Shown here: positions 48,691 through 60,791 of the stretch, piece by piece
How positions within the stretch are numbered: position 1 is the stretch's first letter
How the letters are laid out: each line of letters opens with the position of its first letter
Assembly (NCBI RefSeq): GCF_001447785.1
Contig: NW_015163611.1
Coordinates: 758,549-822,548 of the forward strand
Origin: Gekko japonicus
Lineage: Eukaryota
Direction: 5' to 3'
DNA length: 64,000 nt
The notes under the pieces: model-generated
What the model was told of the DNA's origin: nothing
Seen by the model: the letters and a program-made list of their open reading frames with translations, nothing else
The model's database searches: none
Program-made: the position numbers and the translations under genes

Positions 48691-50793
48691 TTTGCTGTTC
48701 TCTAGAAAGTATAAGGATCAAGCGCACACAGAAATGTATTGATTTAAACAGGAAGAGTTTGGAAGCCAGTCAGAGAAATTCAAGACCTCATCCTGGCAAG
48801 ATCACTGCCAATACAAGACAATGCCACATAGGCCTGTACCACATAGGCCTGTACCTTAGTATACTTTTTCACTACTGCAGCCAGCCCCAGGACCAGCACT
48901 CACCATCCAGGTTACTATAAACTGAGAGAGTTGAGCAAACTAATCTCTTCCTCCCTCCCACTGTTTCCCCCCTCCCTTTAATTAATACTCAGCTGCCCTT
49001 ATCATTCCACACTTCCTGGAAGGCAAAGAGTGTCTTCAGTTCCCATCCAGGTGTCTAGTAGTGCCATTTTGTTCTACTTGGCCATGAAGTTTGCTAGTAG
49101 AAGCTGGTTTGGTCTTTTTGTCTTGATCTATTAATCCTAGTATGGAAAATTACGCAGTGTTTAAATTTTTAAAAAATCGTGTTATCTTCTACCATTGATC
49201 AAGTGGCCAATTCCTTCTGCTTGTTCTCCAGGGAGTTTATACTTGAGTCCTAAGGGATGTTCCATGTCCCAGAAAACAAGCAATTTAAGAGAGACAAAAT
49301 ATTTTCACATTAAACCCTTTGTTTAAAACCATCAATAAATAACAAAAGAGCCGGCAAGGTAAACCAATACTCCCAATTTGTTAAGTGCTGCCAGCAAAAG
49401 ATATTTATATTGTTTTTTACATCATAAAGAATATGCTCTGAACTTTAAAATGCATTGCCTTGTTAAATAGTTTGCTAATCCCTCGTTTCATATTAATTTG
49501 GTAAATATCTCCTGACGTCTTCTTTTTTTTAATCCCATCTAGATTTCTTCAGACTTTTTGTATCATTACTGCCAGTATCCAAAAAAGCTTCTTTCTTGAT
49601 GCTCTTAAAATCTTGGGGTAGCTTCCATCTCGGCCTAGAGACCTGCTCCTTTTAAATCTCTGTAGATTCCCCCCCCCCCGTCTCATCACTCCTAGTATTG
49701 AACAAGTAGTGAACAGGAATGGTGATTAAAAGCACTGGCAAGTTTTGTTGAATAAAAGGTACTTGAATGCATTTCACTCTGGATTTTAGCTCTCTGAGTT
49801 TCTTTGATGCTTTTTGCCACATTCTCTTTAGTTTATGAAACAAATTTTTAGGATTGTGTTTCTCCCGTGTAATTCTCCATTAGGAATTTCTAAAGCAGCA
49901 AAAGCAAGAGCTAATGAGCTAGGCCTGTAGGGCTTTTCAAAAAGTTAGATAAAAGTTAAACAAGGAGAAGAACGAGTAGAAGCAAACTAGTTCATTCATT
50001 CTTTTGACATTTCCTTTTGTATTTTGTGTTGCAAATATTCATCCCTTTGTAGTCTGTGTTTTGTTCTAGTATGCTTTGCTATCATTGCAGCAGCCTTCTA
50101 CACCAAAATGCATTTTAATGCTATTCTTCAGATGGATCATAACATGAATTTATTAGTGTTGAAACACTAAGTGGTTTTAATTACTTTTTGTGCTACCTGT
50201 ACTCCTCTCTGTAGCTTCCAGCTACTCAACCATTATGTTTTTGTTCATATTAATAATGAACATTATTTTTAATTTCATAAAGATTCACACAAGCTATGCT
50301 GGGGAAATTAAAATAATAATTCATAATAGGAATGGAACTTTCTAAAAGGTTTTCCCATAGTCTTAATTTTAAATTTCCCCATTGTGGTTTGCTAATTTTT
50401 TCTTAATGTTCGAAAGCTACCCTTTCATACTGCAGAGGAATTGTAAGGCTCCTGATAATGATGTCGTCGTTGTCTTAATAAGCCTCTGATCATTTTGCTT
50501 GATTAAATAAATCTGATCTCCTGCCTCAGGGTTGGTACTGGGTTGCAGGTAAATTGTTACTCAAAGAGGCAGGATGGCAGCTCATTGTGGACTCAATGAA
50601 GGTGTCAACAGTGGAGTTTTGAATTTGAGGAGCCAAGCTGAAGTCTGTAGCTTTACAGGGCCCTGTGAAACCTTCATGTAGTACCCCCAGTTGGACTGTA
50701 ACCCTTCAGTTTCAGGTTCTAGATTTCATTGTGTGGTTCCATAACGTACTGCATTTTAAGCTGATATAGTTTAGGACAACTTCCACATGGAGG

Positions 50794-50979
50794 CAGTGTT
50801 CCCTCTAAGCTGAGTTAGTGTGAGCTAGCTCACACACATTTTTGTCTTAGCTCAGGAAGGATGGCTCCAGAGAAAACTAATTTCTGCAGTAGCCAAATTG
50901 CTCGCTCACAGCTTTAATGCCAGTAGCTCACAAAGTAGAATTTTTGCTCACAAGACTCCACAGCTTAGAGGGAGCATTG
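50794..50979. mobile_element. hAT MITE
   Basis: TIRs CAGTGTTCCCTCTAAGCTG / CAGCTTAGAGGGAGCATTG, 8-bp TSD catggagg/cgtggagg. Confidence 0.85.
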
Positions 50980-51792
50980 CGTGGAGGAGGTTTTGTTGTA
51001 GGTTGGCATCGGAACTGGAGTCCAATTTTTGGGGGATCATCTGCGTGACATCGCTCTCTTTGTCCTGTTTTTATGGTGTTTTCCTCCACTTTGATGTGAT
51101 GTTTCCTGAACTTGCTATAGTGTTGGAAGAATCATATCTAAAGCACATCTGAAAGCTGTGAATTTTTCAAGTCCTGCCCATATAGCATCATTTTTCTTGC
51201 CTCAACTCACCCCTTCAATGGCCATCATCGACCTTCCTGACCACCGGAAGGCTTTATATGGCTTTAAAAATATTAACATATTGCTAAAGCATAACAACAT
51301 TAGCAATCTATTGCCATGGTTGACTACTTCCTCTGAATCCCCATATTTCATGAAAAGGGGAATGTGACAGACAAGAGGCTGTCCTGCCCCTGAAGGGAAA
51401 AAACAGCCACTCAGTTGAGCCTATGGGAGTGCCACTCCAGCATCCAGTCACCTTTCAGGAAGAGGACAGAATGTTGGACGGAAGCACAGCACAGGGCAGC
51501 GGAGTTCTGCCCGAGGGAGAGAGCAGGTCTGGTTCAGCAAAAGAGCAGACAGCTTGAAAGGTAGCTCTGCTTGGTAGTGTGGCAGGGTGGTTTAGTTCTG
51601 CCTCTGGGAGAGAGCCAAGTACCCAGTTGTGAGGCCTGTCTCTGATGACGAACGGACCTCATGCCATTTAGTCTGACTGGGGAAAGGGCAGGCTGGGGGT
51701 GGGAAGTGGGTGGAATCCTATGTGTAGGGTTGCCAACCTTCAGGTAGCATGAGTACAACTCGTGGAGAAAATGGCTGCTTCAAAGGGTGGAC

Positions 51793-52470
51793 TAGATTAC
51801 AGTAAAGCTTTTGACTGTGTGGATCATGAAAAGCTGTGGTTGGCTTTAAAGGAAATGGGTGTGCCGTAGCATCTGATTGTTTTGATTCACAACCTGTACT
51901 CTGAACATGAGGCCACGATTAAAACAGAATATGGAGAAACAGAACGGTTTCCAATTGGCAAAGCTGTCAGACAAGTATGCATTTTATCTCCCTGTCTCTT
52001 CGATCTGTACGAAGAGTATATCATAAGGAATGGTGGATTAGATTTAGATGAAGGTGGAGTGAAAATTGGTGGAAGGAACATGAACAATTATGCAGATGAC
52101 ACCACATTATTAGCAGAAACCAGTGAAGACTTGAAACGACTAGTGATGAAGGTTAAACCAGAAAGTACCAAAGCAGGATTACAGCTGAACATCAAGAAGA
52201 CAAAAGTAATGACTACTGGGGACTACTGGGGAATTAGGCAACTATTCAAATTATTCAAGAATTTCTATTCCTTGGCTCCATCATCAACCAAAAGGGAGAC
52301 TGCAACCAAGAAATCAGAAGGAGATTGAGACTGGAAGGAGATAGAAAAAGATCCTAAAGTGTAAGAATGTATCGCTGGCAACCAAGATCAAGTTAATTCA
52401 TGCCGTAGTATTTCCCATTACTATGTACAGGTGTGAAGGGTGGACAATGAAGAAAGCTGACATGAAGAAG
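51793..52470 (+). pseudogene. RTE/BovB-like LINE RT fragment
   Basis: DYSKAFDCVDH, VRQ.CILSP.LF.LY, YADDTTL, GLQLNIKKTK motifs. Confidence 0.88.
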
Positions 52471-52479
52471 TTCATGACA

Positions 52480-52600
52480 AGTTTTGCTGTTGGTTTCCTC
52501 TGCATAGCAATCCTGGTCTTCCTGGGCGGCCTCCTACCTAAATACTAACCACGGCCCCAACCCTGCTTATCTTCCGAAGTCTGACAAGCTCATGCTAGAT
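52480..52600 (-). mobile_element. 5S rRNA-derived SINE fragment
   Basis: Minus strand 'gtcagacttcggaagataagcaggg...ggttagtatttaggtaggaggccgcccaggaagaccagg'. Confidence 0.65.
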
Positions 52601-54569
52601 CAAGGTGTTCTGGTGGAGTTAAAATTTATCCAGACTGGTTAGGTGTGAACTATATCAGAGATGTACTTATGTTCACAAATTCTTTATAGAACTGAATGCA
52701 TGTCTTTAGTTTTTGGAGAGCATCCCTCTGTACTATGCAACATAAAAACAGAATATGAGACTGTAGGACACAATCCAACCATTTAGCAAGCCTTTATTTC
52801 CTATTGCTATTTTTCTTTTCTAAAATTAAAACACAAAGGGTTCTTTTCCTGGGCTCTTAGTCCATTGCCTCCAAATAATTTCCAACAATAAAGATTATGT
52901 TGACTTTTAATACAATTAACTGTAGTCAGTGGTTGTTTTAGTGAGTCTCCCACTAAATGAAGAGAGAGTAATGCCAGTGATTTTTGTTTAACCTTTCCTT
53001 CCTGTCTCGTTCCTTTCCTATTAATTATTATGTTACTTCTGCTCCTTTAAATTATGAACATATTTTTTTCATGTAGATATGATATTTGCAGTATTGGTGC
53101 ATTGTCCCAAGGTTTTAATTCTGAAAATAGACATACTGCAATTAAATAACTTGATGGATAGTGCTGTTGTATATACCTTGTGCTCAGGGAATGTGTTGAT
53201 GGTGTATATGCATACTTGTATGTGAAAGAAATTCAGTTCATATGTTGTTATTTGGAAAACCTTTGGGACCCCAGAGCACTAATCTACTTCTATAAAATGG
53301 TTTCTTGTTGCCTGTGTCAATAGGTTAACAGTACTCTGTGGGAATCTTTTTAAAGAAACAGTAAAAAAAACCCCACTTTTAGAAACGTGTGCTTATGATT
53401 CTAATATTCTGAAGATAGATATTCTGTGGAAGTGCTATGCTTTTGAAGAGTACTATCAATTTTAAAGGATTTCCTTTAGAATTATATTTGTTTCAAATTG
53501 ACCTTGAGTTTTATACTGTCCTCAGAGTGACTAGTATTCGAAATTGTAGAATCAGTTGCTAAGAACAAACCTGCATCAGTCTGGAAACAAAATTAGAAAG
53601 TCATGGTAGAACTTCATCTATTCGTTCTCTTGCTCTTTGGAATTGGTGTGATTTGGTGAAAGCCAGGGGAAGTCAAGATTCTTGTATATCCAAAGATCAT
53701 GTGGAAACTACAATTGCCTTCCAGTGTCTCTGCATCTTGATGACACTCTGTTGGTGAAAGGAAGACAATGGTTCCCAAATTATGGAGAGAATTGCTTTCT
53801 GAATCAATGGTTCAAATTAACCAGTATGTATAATTCTTCAGATTTCAAGGTTGAGAACAACTGAATTAAGACATTATTAAAAAATCAATCTAATGTTTTT
53901 CCCTAGCTGTATCACCATTGAATCTTAAGCGAGATTTAATTTGGTGTCTAGAATAAGAGGTATGAATAAGGACAATGACGGTAGAAAGAGAATTAGTGGT
54001 TGACTAGAACCCTCATCCAGCCAAGTCTGAATAATACAAGCAAGTTGGCTGCCCTCATTGTGCTATTAAATCACGACTCGGTTGTATTTTGTGTACCCCT
54101 GACCTTGAATTAAATAGCAAGCTATGAAAGATTGCATGAAATACTCGTTTACGCTATTAGTGAGAATGTGCAATAAAATGTGTACTCCTGATGATTCACA
54201 GATAATTTACCTTAGTGCTTTGTAATTTTTCTAAGGACAACAATTTGAGCTATTTCACACAGGGCTACTGCAGCCCAACATCAGCTGTCTGAGAGTCATG
54301 GTTCACAAACTAGAACCCAGCCTTAGCAATGTGTTTGAAGGTGTTGATTCAGCTTGAGCCTGTTGGCCATGTAGCCTGTTGGCTTGTGCCAAACAGCCCT
54401 AAATGCCTTCTGAACAGCTTTGCACCACATTTTTGCTAACCTGAGTATATGCACAGATGCTGCTGATTCAAACCGATCAGCAGTCATTAGTGTCACTAGG
54501 GACTATGTAGACAAACACCAAATGGTATGATTTTATGAAAATGCAGCATTTATTTAGAACTAATATATA

Positions 54570-54745
54570 TGAAGAAGAGAGAGGAAGAGGAGAAGAGATT
54601 GGATTTATACCCCGCCCTTCACTCGGAGTCTCAGAGTGGCTTACAAACTCCTTTCCCTTCCCCTCCACACAACAGACACCCTGTGAGGTAGGTGGGGCTG
54701 AGAGATCTCTTTCAAGGACTGCTTTTTCAGGAACAGCTCTGAAAC
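54570..54745 (-). mobile_element. Squam3-like SINE 3' half
   Basis: Matches 26745-26892 in reverse complement. Confidence 0.8.
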
Positions 54746-57066
54746 TATGGCTATGATATGATATGTGACTGATTTTAATTGCCTTTTTAAACAATTGCCT
54801 GCTAATTAGAAGAGTTACCCAGCAAGGACTGGGGTGGAGGTATTAGTATAAATCAGCTGGGCTGTATGAGAACAAGCATGCCTCCTTGTCCAATCATCAG
54901 CCTCTTGCACCATTCTAGACCTCCAGTGCTTCATGAACATGCTTGCAGTGTGGATCTTCTCACTACAATTACAGAGCAAGGAATATTGCACAGATGGTTG
55001 GGGATGGGCTAGGATGGTAGGAGACAGAAGGCAAGAGAGAGTTTTTGCAGGGAGAGGAGCTCCAGCCAGCCTACCATGTCCCCAAGTGCAGTCCCATGCA
55101 TGAACTTTGAAGTAAGCCCCATTAAACTCCATGAGACTTAGTTCTGAGTAGATGTGGCCAAGATTCCAGTTCTTTCTTGCTGCCCTTGCCTTCCATTTTC
55201 CTTCATCCTCCCCCCCCCCATAAGCTCTTACCCCCAAACAGATTTTGAATTGTAAGCTTCTTGGGGCTTATCTGTAAAACATCACAGTAATGTTATTTTA
55301 TATGGATATATGAATTAATGTATACATAAATGCTTTGATAACCCAGAATAAGTGCTGCATACATTAGTGGAGACCAATCTGGAGAAGTCAGGGATGACTC
55401 TGCTATAGTAAGAAAGTGAATGTGATGGAAACAGATGGTGAGGGAGAGAGAGAGAGAGAGAATTGTTCAGAAGTGTTAAATAAGGTGAAAGAGGGAGAGA
55501 GCAAGAAGTCAAAGAAAACAGCAGAAGGTGACAGGAGAAATACTGTGAAAAGTGAGAGCCTGAAAAGGTGAACAAAGGCAGGATCTAAAGCAAATGTAAG
55601 TGAGAAAGAGAATTTAGGGAGCAAAAAAAGCAGTATAGTCACAGATGTGTTTGGGGGGGTGCATGCATATTCTCTCTCTCTCTCGCACACACACACACAA
55701 TCACACACACTGATGGTAACAAGGCATCTTGCTCAATATCAAAGATGAACTGTCACATGGCTTCCTGTCATGGCATGATTTTAGCACCATCAGGTCCTGT
55801 GCTGCCATCCTGGGGTTAGTGGGTTTCACAGGTCTGTGCAGGTTGGAGATCACTGTCATAGCTCCATTGTGTATATTGACTAAAATTCATTTGACTGAAA
55901 TTTCCATGCAGCAGTTTGTATCTTTGACCAAGGAATACAGAGTTTGGTTGCAGACCTTATATGAGCTCCTGGCAAAGTCTTGGTTTGCAAATCAGAAGCA
56001 AATAAAAAAACTCTCATTAATATTCACTCTCTTCTTCACTCTCTTTAGTGTTTTCCTTCTTTCCTTCTTAGCCTGAACCATGTTTCATCTTCATGGCTTC
56101 TGTGCAGTCCACATGGGACTGCACATGCACAGATCTGCAGCGGAGAAAGACTCTGCAAGTACTAGAAAGTTCTAAGCTGCGAGAGCACCCCCTCCCTCCC
56201 TCCCCACCCAAACCAGCCACATGACTGGAGACGGGGAGTGATCTTCCGTCAGTCTTCTCTTTGCCGCTGTAAGGAGGGGGTCTCTGAGAGAGAGTTCATT
56301 CTTGTGTTTTTTTCCTTTCCTTCCTTTTCTTCCTTTCCTTCCACAGTTTCTCTCCACCAACTTGCCATTCTAGTGTTCTTCTGAATGGTATTGTTCAAGA
56401 AATGTGTGGACTGTGGCACTAAAATGGCCCAGTCTTGATTATCATGGTTCGTGTGTACTATGCCTGGGGGAGTCACACAATACAGGGACCTGTGAATTTT
56501 GCCAGCAGTTTACCCTCAAGGCTAGGCAGGAAAGGGCCCAAAGACTGAAAGCAGCCCTGTGGGAGAAGGCTTTGGGGGCACAATCTCTCTTGATGGAGAA
56601 ATGGCAGCCTCCCCCAGAAAAAGTGGCCCAAACGCCCTCTATCGCATCTATGCTGGCTTCGACTCCATTGGATCCAGTGCCCACTAAGGTGTCTAAGTTG
56701 TCCTCAACTCTGAGAGTGGCCACAGAACCTCCAGCTAAAAGAAAATAAAAATGAGGCATCTGTTTCCCCAGCACCAGTCCTCTCCATCCTCACTTCGAGG
56801 CTCCTCTCCCATTCAGTGCCAATCACTGACTTCAACAGAACCTTTGCTGATGTCAAGAACAAGTTCCTTGTTGGCTCACACCCATCAGTCTCCTTCATCC
56901 TTGGATGACAAGGTATTTCAGGCCCCTGCTCCGCCCAAAGTCTCGGACCCACACAGATCTAAGGGCCCCCTAAGTCATCCTCCTGACTAGCCATCAGCTT
57001 ACCTCCCCTGGGGATCTCAACAGACAACCTGGTTCCCATGGTGCCCACCTCCATGTAATCAGTGGG

Positions 57067-57690
57067 TGTCGTAGCCTAGCTGGTCTCGCAGGCTTCAAGT
57101 GCAAGTCATGCAGGCAGGAGCAGGTCAAAAGGATGTTCACAGCATAGTCCAAACAGTCCAAGGTCAGTTCTTACAGTCAGAGAGAATCCAAAAGCATAAT
57201 CAAGCTGGTCCAAGAGTCACAGGATTAGAACAGAGTCAGGAGCTGTGGTCGCAGAATTCACTGTGAGGTGACGGGTTGCTTCCACAAGTTAGCAACAGCT
57301 CACACCCAGCTTTATGTAGCTTTTCCCTAATTAGTCTTATCTGCTGCTGGCAAGTTAGTAGGGCTCCTGTAATGACTCATCTTGTAGCTGTTGACAGGCC
57401 ATTAATCTTTTACTCTGTCTGCGTTCTTGCAATTGCCTTCTGACCTTAGTCCTTCTTTTTTCTATTAATGGGGGGGGGTAATCTGGGAGACTCGTGTGTG
57501 CCTCTGGAGGCACTTGCTCCCTGACTTCAGCTGGCTCAGTATAATCTGACTGGAGTTCCTGAGTGCCCTCTACTCTGAAGTCATCTTTCACTACGCTGGA
57601 CCCAGGCTCAATTTCTGAGGAGTCCTTACACTGAGCTTCAGTTGCCAATCAGACTGGTCAGGCTGCAAGTCAGACTGGTCCACAGACCTT
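57067..57690. mobile_element. LTR-like insertion within the gag region of the second DIRS
   Basis: Begins TGTCGTAG and interrupts DIRS ORF1; composition resembles reptile Gypsy LTRs. No clear CA end or TSD, so the right boundary is approximate. Confidence 0.5.
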
Positions 57691-58433
57691 CTGGCAGTAC
57701 TCTCCATAGAGCATGCCTCTGAGTATCACTGGATCTGAACATTGGCCCTGACCCTTGATGTCAATGGGAACCAAGGACTCCTGCTTCTGTCAGAGCAGTA
57801 TAATTCGGACTCAGAGGAAGTTACCAGTCATGGCCCCGATGTCAACTCTAACACCCAATCCATTACACAACCTGACGACATCGTAGGATCCCGTTCTCTG
57901 GTATCACCTACTGAGAACTTGCGGCTATACGCTGAACAACTCCTGTGTATGGCCAAGGCTCTGGATCTTGTTGTCGTGTCTTTGGATCGAAAGCCCACAG
58001 ACCCAATTTTGCAAGTGCTATACACAGATAATGTGGGGCCAGTTGCTTACCCTATGTTCCAGGGGCTCCTGGAAATGGCTAGAAAGGTATGGGCCAAGAT
58101 GGCTCCTGCTCCCCCCACTGCATGGGTTCTGTAAAATCTGTACAGAATAAAGGAGGAAGGCTATGAGTTCCTTACACAACATCCCCCAGTGAACTTACTG
58201 GTTGCGGAGGTGTTGCCCTCCAGACAACCTGTGGCTTCCCATGCATCCCCTTTGGATAAAGAGGGGTGCAAGTTGGATGCTCTGTGCAGAGAGCTCTATG
58301 CTTCTGGAACTATGGGCCTATGGGTTACAAACTTCTATGGAAGTTATGGGGAGGTATCAGATGATCCTGTGGATTCAGATTAGTCAATATCTTGATATTC
58401 TCCCCAAGGACAAGAGAGTGTTGGACAAAGTAA

Positions 58434-58730
58434 TTCATGCAGAAGGTCTCCATCTTGGCAAGCAACAACTAAATGCCTCAAGGCATGCATTTGACTGCAC
58501 TTCCAGAACCATGGCGTTGAGCATTGCTCTGTGATGCCATTCCTGGTTTAGATCATCCACCCTCTCAACAGACACCAAAACTTTCATGCAGAAGGTCTCC
58601 ATCTTGGCAAGCAACAACTAAATGCCTCAAGGCATGCATTTGACTGCACTTCCAGAACCATGGCGATGAGCATTGCTCTGTGACGCCATTCTTGACTTAG
58701 ATCATCCACCCTCTCAACAGACACCAAAAC
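58434..58730. repeat. 149-bp tandem duplication inside DIRS gag
   Basis: 58434-58582 and 58583-58730 differ at about 5 positions. Confidence 0.95.
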
Positions 58731-60506
58731 AGGGTCGAGGACATGCCCTTTGAGGGAAAAGACCTGTTTATCAGCCTGACCAATTCTACCCTAGAACAGA
58801 TGAGGAAGGAAAAGTTCAGGGCTAGATCCCTTGGCCTGACCGCCCCTCCTGCTACCTTGGACAAGCCAAGGTACTTTCCAAGGCACTCCAGTTCTGTAGT
58901 TAATACCTGTACCAGCCACCTGAACAACAATACCAGCATCCATCCTATTCACAGGCACCAAAGAACAGAAAACACTAGCATAAGCAGTGAGAGAAACCTC
59001 AGGCTAGCCCTCCAAGAGAGCAGGCTGGGAAAGGAAAGCCCTTTGTATGATTAACCGGTTTCACTAAGTTTTGACAACCGGTTTTCCCACTTTGTTTCAA
59101 GATGGTTAAAAGTTACTGAGGACTATTAGGTTATATCTGTATTGTGTAATGGTTATTTCTTGGAATTCAGTTTCCTGCCCCTACACAACCTACCCAGATA
59201 CTCACTCAGCACCCCTCCCTCCATACTGGGTGGTGAGGTCTGGTCCCTCCTTTCCAAGGGAGCCATTAGAGAGATTCCAACAGACTGTTGTCAGGATGGA
59301 TTTTTCTCCAGATACTTCCTCATAAAAATGAAAGGAGGGGCCTTACATCCCATTTTGGACTTGAGAGTGTTGAACAAGTCGCTGAAGGTGGCTAAATGTA
59401 GAATTGTGTTTCTGCAGGACATCCTTCCCCTTCTAATACCGGGGGTGTGGTCTGGGGTTCTAGACCTCAAGGATGCTACTTTCATATAGCTATCCACAAT
59501 TCAATCCCTGGTAGCTTGTTTCCTAGCCAACTGTTTTCAAGAGGCTGTGGACATCCAGAAACTACTGGGTATGATGGCTGCAGCTACATCAGCAGTGCCC
59601 TAGGAGGGTATTGTAGTCCCTGCATTGGTGAATTTCAAAGGCCCCCATTCTAAGAAATTAATCTATTCCCACCTTATCAGTGGAGTTTATCATTCATAGT
59701 GACTGGCTTGATGGGAGATCCCTTCGATCCATTGGTCATTTGTGATATAGCAATGGTTACTTCTAAACTGTGTTTCTGGTCACCATCACCTCAACACCCA
59801 GGGTCAGTGAGTTGGGCGTCCTCAGTTGTGACCCTCCTTTTCTTAATTTCCACAGTGATAAGGTAGTTTTGAGGCTGAGTATGTCTTTCATTCCCAAAGT
59901 AGTGTCGGAATTCCATCTGCCACAGGAATTAGTTCTACCTATGTTTCCCCCCCAAACCCATCTCTCCCTCTGAACACTCTCTACACACATTGAATGTCAG
60001 GAGATGTTTATTATTCTACCTAGACTGTACAAAGGAATTCTGTAAGGTCAATTCCTTGTTCATATGCTTCTCTGGGCACAAAAAATGTTAAGATAGCTTC
60101 CTCTCAGTCGGTGTCCAGATGGGTATTCTCAGTGATTAAAACGGCCTATAACTTCTTGGGTGTTCCTTGCCCTCTTCCTCTAAATGCTCATTCGACTAGG
60201 GCCCAGGTCTTTGGCAGCTTTCCTGAGTGGAGTCACCTTGACAGACATCTGCACAGAAGCCGCGAAGATGAATACATAGCTGCACTTACCTGTAACTGAT
60301 GTTCGTTGAGTGGTCTTCTGTGCGGGCACACATCCCTCCCTCCTTCACCGTCAGCTGCTCTCATTCAGAGCCATTCCTTCATGGCAGTGGTAGGAAGCCT
60401 GAGGAAGATTACTCCCCTTTTCCAGTCACATGGCCAGTTTGGGTGGGAAGAGCTGGTTCTGTGGGGAGGGAGTACTCTCACAGCTTAGAATTTTCTAGTA
60501 CTTGTA

Positions 60507-60791
60507 GGACGATTTCTCACTAGAGCTGCCTCGCAGCGCAGCCGCCGTTTGCCTCGACACAAACATGTCAATTTCACACCCGAAGCTGAGGGGCTGCATT
60601 TTGACTCGCAGCTTCGCCCGATTTCCTCCACAGTTTCGTGATCCTGGTTTTTGAGAATCACGAAACTGCGGAGGAAATCGGGCGAAGCCGCAGGTCAAAT
60701 GCAGCCCCGCAGCCTCGGGTGTGAAATTGACATGTTTGTGTCAAGGCAAACGGCGGCTGCGCTGCGAGGCAGCTCTAGTGAGAAATTGTTC
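60507..60791. mobile_element. Fold-back MITE (PIF/Harbinger-like) inserted in the DIRS right ITR
   Basis: About 135-bp inverted arms, 3-bp TSD GTA (60504-60506, 60792-60794). Confidence 0.9.

Noticed and set aside
49200-50000. Possible minus-strand LINE ORF1 remnant
   Set aside because: Compositional impression only; no diagnostic motif.
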